Below, piece by piece: positions 48,934 through 51,212 of a DNA stretch of 51,212 nt (the first letter of the stretch is position 1; every line of letters starts with the position of its first letter). Position numbers and translations under genes: made by a program. Location of the stretch: contig ADNK01003113.1 of the NCBI GenBank assembly GCA_000320545.1, positions 1-51,212 on the forward strand, read 5' to 3'. Under the pieces are notes generated by a model. That model was not told the DNA's origin, ran no database searches, and saw only the letters and a program-made list of their open reading frames with translations. This stretch comes from Bigelowiella natans CCMP2755. Lineage: Eukaryota; Protista; Cercozoa.

Positions 48934-51063
48934 GTATATTTATATTAAAATTGTTGCATGTTTTACCCATTGAAATTGCTATGATGGCTGCTGTTGGTGC
49001 TGCCGAGGTCCACCTGCATCCGCTACCACCCAATATCACAACCACACAATGCATAATCTAAAATTTCATCATCCATTGCAACTCATATTTCGCGGCGTAA
49101 AGTTCGGGTGAGTAACACACCTGTTTCAGCACATCCGTAGGCGTCCAAAACAGTGCTTTGTATATATATAATATTTTTAAGAAGAAATGCATCCGTCGTA
49201 TTCATCGACGTTCCAACTTTCCACAACACGAAGAAAACTCCACTACGCCTTCACACGGAAAAGATGTTAATCGTCCACCTCTCTCGCACAAATGAAATCC
49301 TCCAGCAAAATGTCATAATTCAGAAAAGCACTACATCTCGATGGTGATTTTTCACAGGCAGCTTTGAGCTTGCACTGCACAGGTAGTATTTCGGCTAATT
49401 CAACGGGTATACGCCTTCACTCGTTGTTCAAACCGCTTTCTTACACGTTTCTGTGCTCTCTCAGAATGCAGACGATTGCTTTCTCATCGTACCCGCTAAT
49501 AGTTCCGCAGATAGTCCAGCTAACGAATCCGCAACAAAGCCGCTACTTGCATCGTGATCGCCATTGTTTTTAACAATAGCTTCCGCTCCTGACGACAACC
49601 AACGAAAGTCATCAAAATGCGCCCCGTTTGCAGCTTAAACCCCATTCTCTCAATCACCCTCCCGGCCTTTACTCTTCCTCTCTTTTCGTGGCCAGGCTGC
49701 GTCAGGGATACTACCATTGATGCCATCGGCGTGTGAAGCGGAGGAAGAAGAGAGATGGCGTTGGAAGAAACGAAAACTTGAGAAGTATCTGGCAGAGGAG
49801 GGGTGTTGGGATGTGCGCAAGTGAAGCGATCATGCACACGAGCACATCCACCCAAAAATAAAGCACACCGATTGAACGGGGTTATCTATTTCCTATATTA
49901 CTCTCTCACAAAATCACTTACAATGCATTGATAGGGATGGAGGTCACAATCGCCAGCTGCAGGGAAACAGAGAAGAAGAAGAAGAAGAAGAAGAAGAAGA
50001 AGGAGGAGGAGGAGAAAACACGCGTACAATGTCAGATGCGACATTCAGCACTCCGCGGTTGCCTAGCTATAGCGATGCGACAATGGAACACAGCAGAATT
50101 TGAACAGATCATCATCAGCATGATACATGCCTTGTATCCTCGATAGAATCCGCGAAATCCTGCAGTAAATCACATTTATATCTTCACCCAAGGTACATCT
50201 TGAATATATGTAATTTGTCATTTAGAGATAGCACATAGGATGGGGTGGGGCACAAAATGAGAGAGAGAGGGGGGGGGAGGGGCGAAGGGAGAGGGGGGAA
50301 AAGAGATACCATCAGTGTTGATTACTTCTCGAATAACACCGGTAAACCCTCTTCCTCGCACCTATCATGCAAAGAGCAGCTCGTATAATTCGTATCGATC
50401 GAAGATGCATCAAGATCATTTACGTCTTGCGGGCACAGTGAAGAGAACAAGAGTCTATAATACATTGAAGCCCTCCCCCCTAAGACGTCCCTATTCCAAA
50501 ACCGAAGCATTTTGCACACACTGCAATGGTCGCTGTGCAGACACGTGTGGACCCCCTCCTTCTTCGGAGAACGAAGCAGTCTCACCCCTTACAGTAGGAT
50601 TTTTGGGATGGTGCTTTGGTACTACGGAGAAGGATTCTATGTGCGGCAATGGGCTGCTAAACGTGTGTTTGGAGGGGTACGTACCCTGGGATCACTTCCA
50701 CCGGAAAGGTCCAGCCGGGCTTTCATTTTCGTCGTATTCGCAACAAGTAGGTTATCGTGCCGCAACGTGAGACGGTATCATTTTCAAGTAGCTAGCTACC
50801 ATGCACATCGCTCTCTCGACTTCTCTACGGGTAATCGCGCAGCGTCGTCATTCATCCACTCAGGACTCACTCACACACCTCTAATTGTGTCCAGCGGGTG
50901 CAAGATGGCGTCGTTGAAAAAGCCCTTAGAACGGCCGCAGCAACAACACCATCAGATTGAGACAATACAATAACTTATACAACAAAGAATAAAGGCAAGA
51001 GGGGGGGGGGGGGGGGGGGGGATGCACCGCCAGGGCTCCAGCTACTATCTCATGCTTCTGCAT
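47639..51063 (-). CDS. Mitochondrial carrier family (SLC25) protein, multi-exon
   Basis: Three carrier repeats: MQKHEIVAGALA|GFFNDAILHPLDTIR...GFRGFYRGY; LFWTPTDVLKQ...LGIRGLYRGY...WGPFSSLYFATYE; AGAAAGAATQPLDCVRTRMQ...EGISALFRGTFARVLWLAPG|CGISLAVFE. Stop TAG at 47639. Confidence 0.92.
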
Positions 51064-51212
51064 CCGAGCTCACTGCATGGCCAGAATTCGGGCTCAGGCG
51101 AAGGCTAATTTAGTCTTTTTCCCGTGCAAGAAACATCGTATAGTGGGTTTTGCTAAATTTTAGAGCACCGAAAAGACGACCTCAGTGCATTTCTTTGTTG
51201 CGACTGGATAGA

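Overview
Eukaryotic nuclear DNA from a gene-dense, intron-rich protist. Short GT-AG introns with (TA)n microsatellites suggest a chlorarachniophyte-like genome, but that is a guess. About 15 spliced genes lie in almost perfectly alternating orientation: TMEM131-like (+), DnaJ-domain (-), hypothetical (+), cAMP-receptor/GCR1-like GPCR (-), secreted Cys-rich protein (+), a degenerate zone with LINE remnants, Mpv17/PMP22 (+), four-CNB-domain protein (-), hypothetical (+), 3-beta-HSD-like SDR (-), proline-iminopeptidase-like hydrolase (+), membrane protein (-), two-TM protein (+), hypothetical (-), hypothetical (+), mitochondrial carrier (-). The main signal is a mutational footprint rather than a gene. 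Transposon remnants and the spacers between convergent genes have lost TpA dinucleotides (apparently TpA to TpG/CpA, the inverse of fungal RIP). I count one TpA in 17941-19327. Surviving TpAs are mostly in a TAG/CTA context, and convergent spacers are strongly enriched in CTAG and (CTAG)n. Exon boundaries and counts were read by eye and are approximate.
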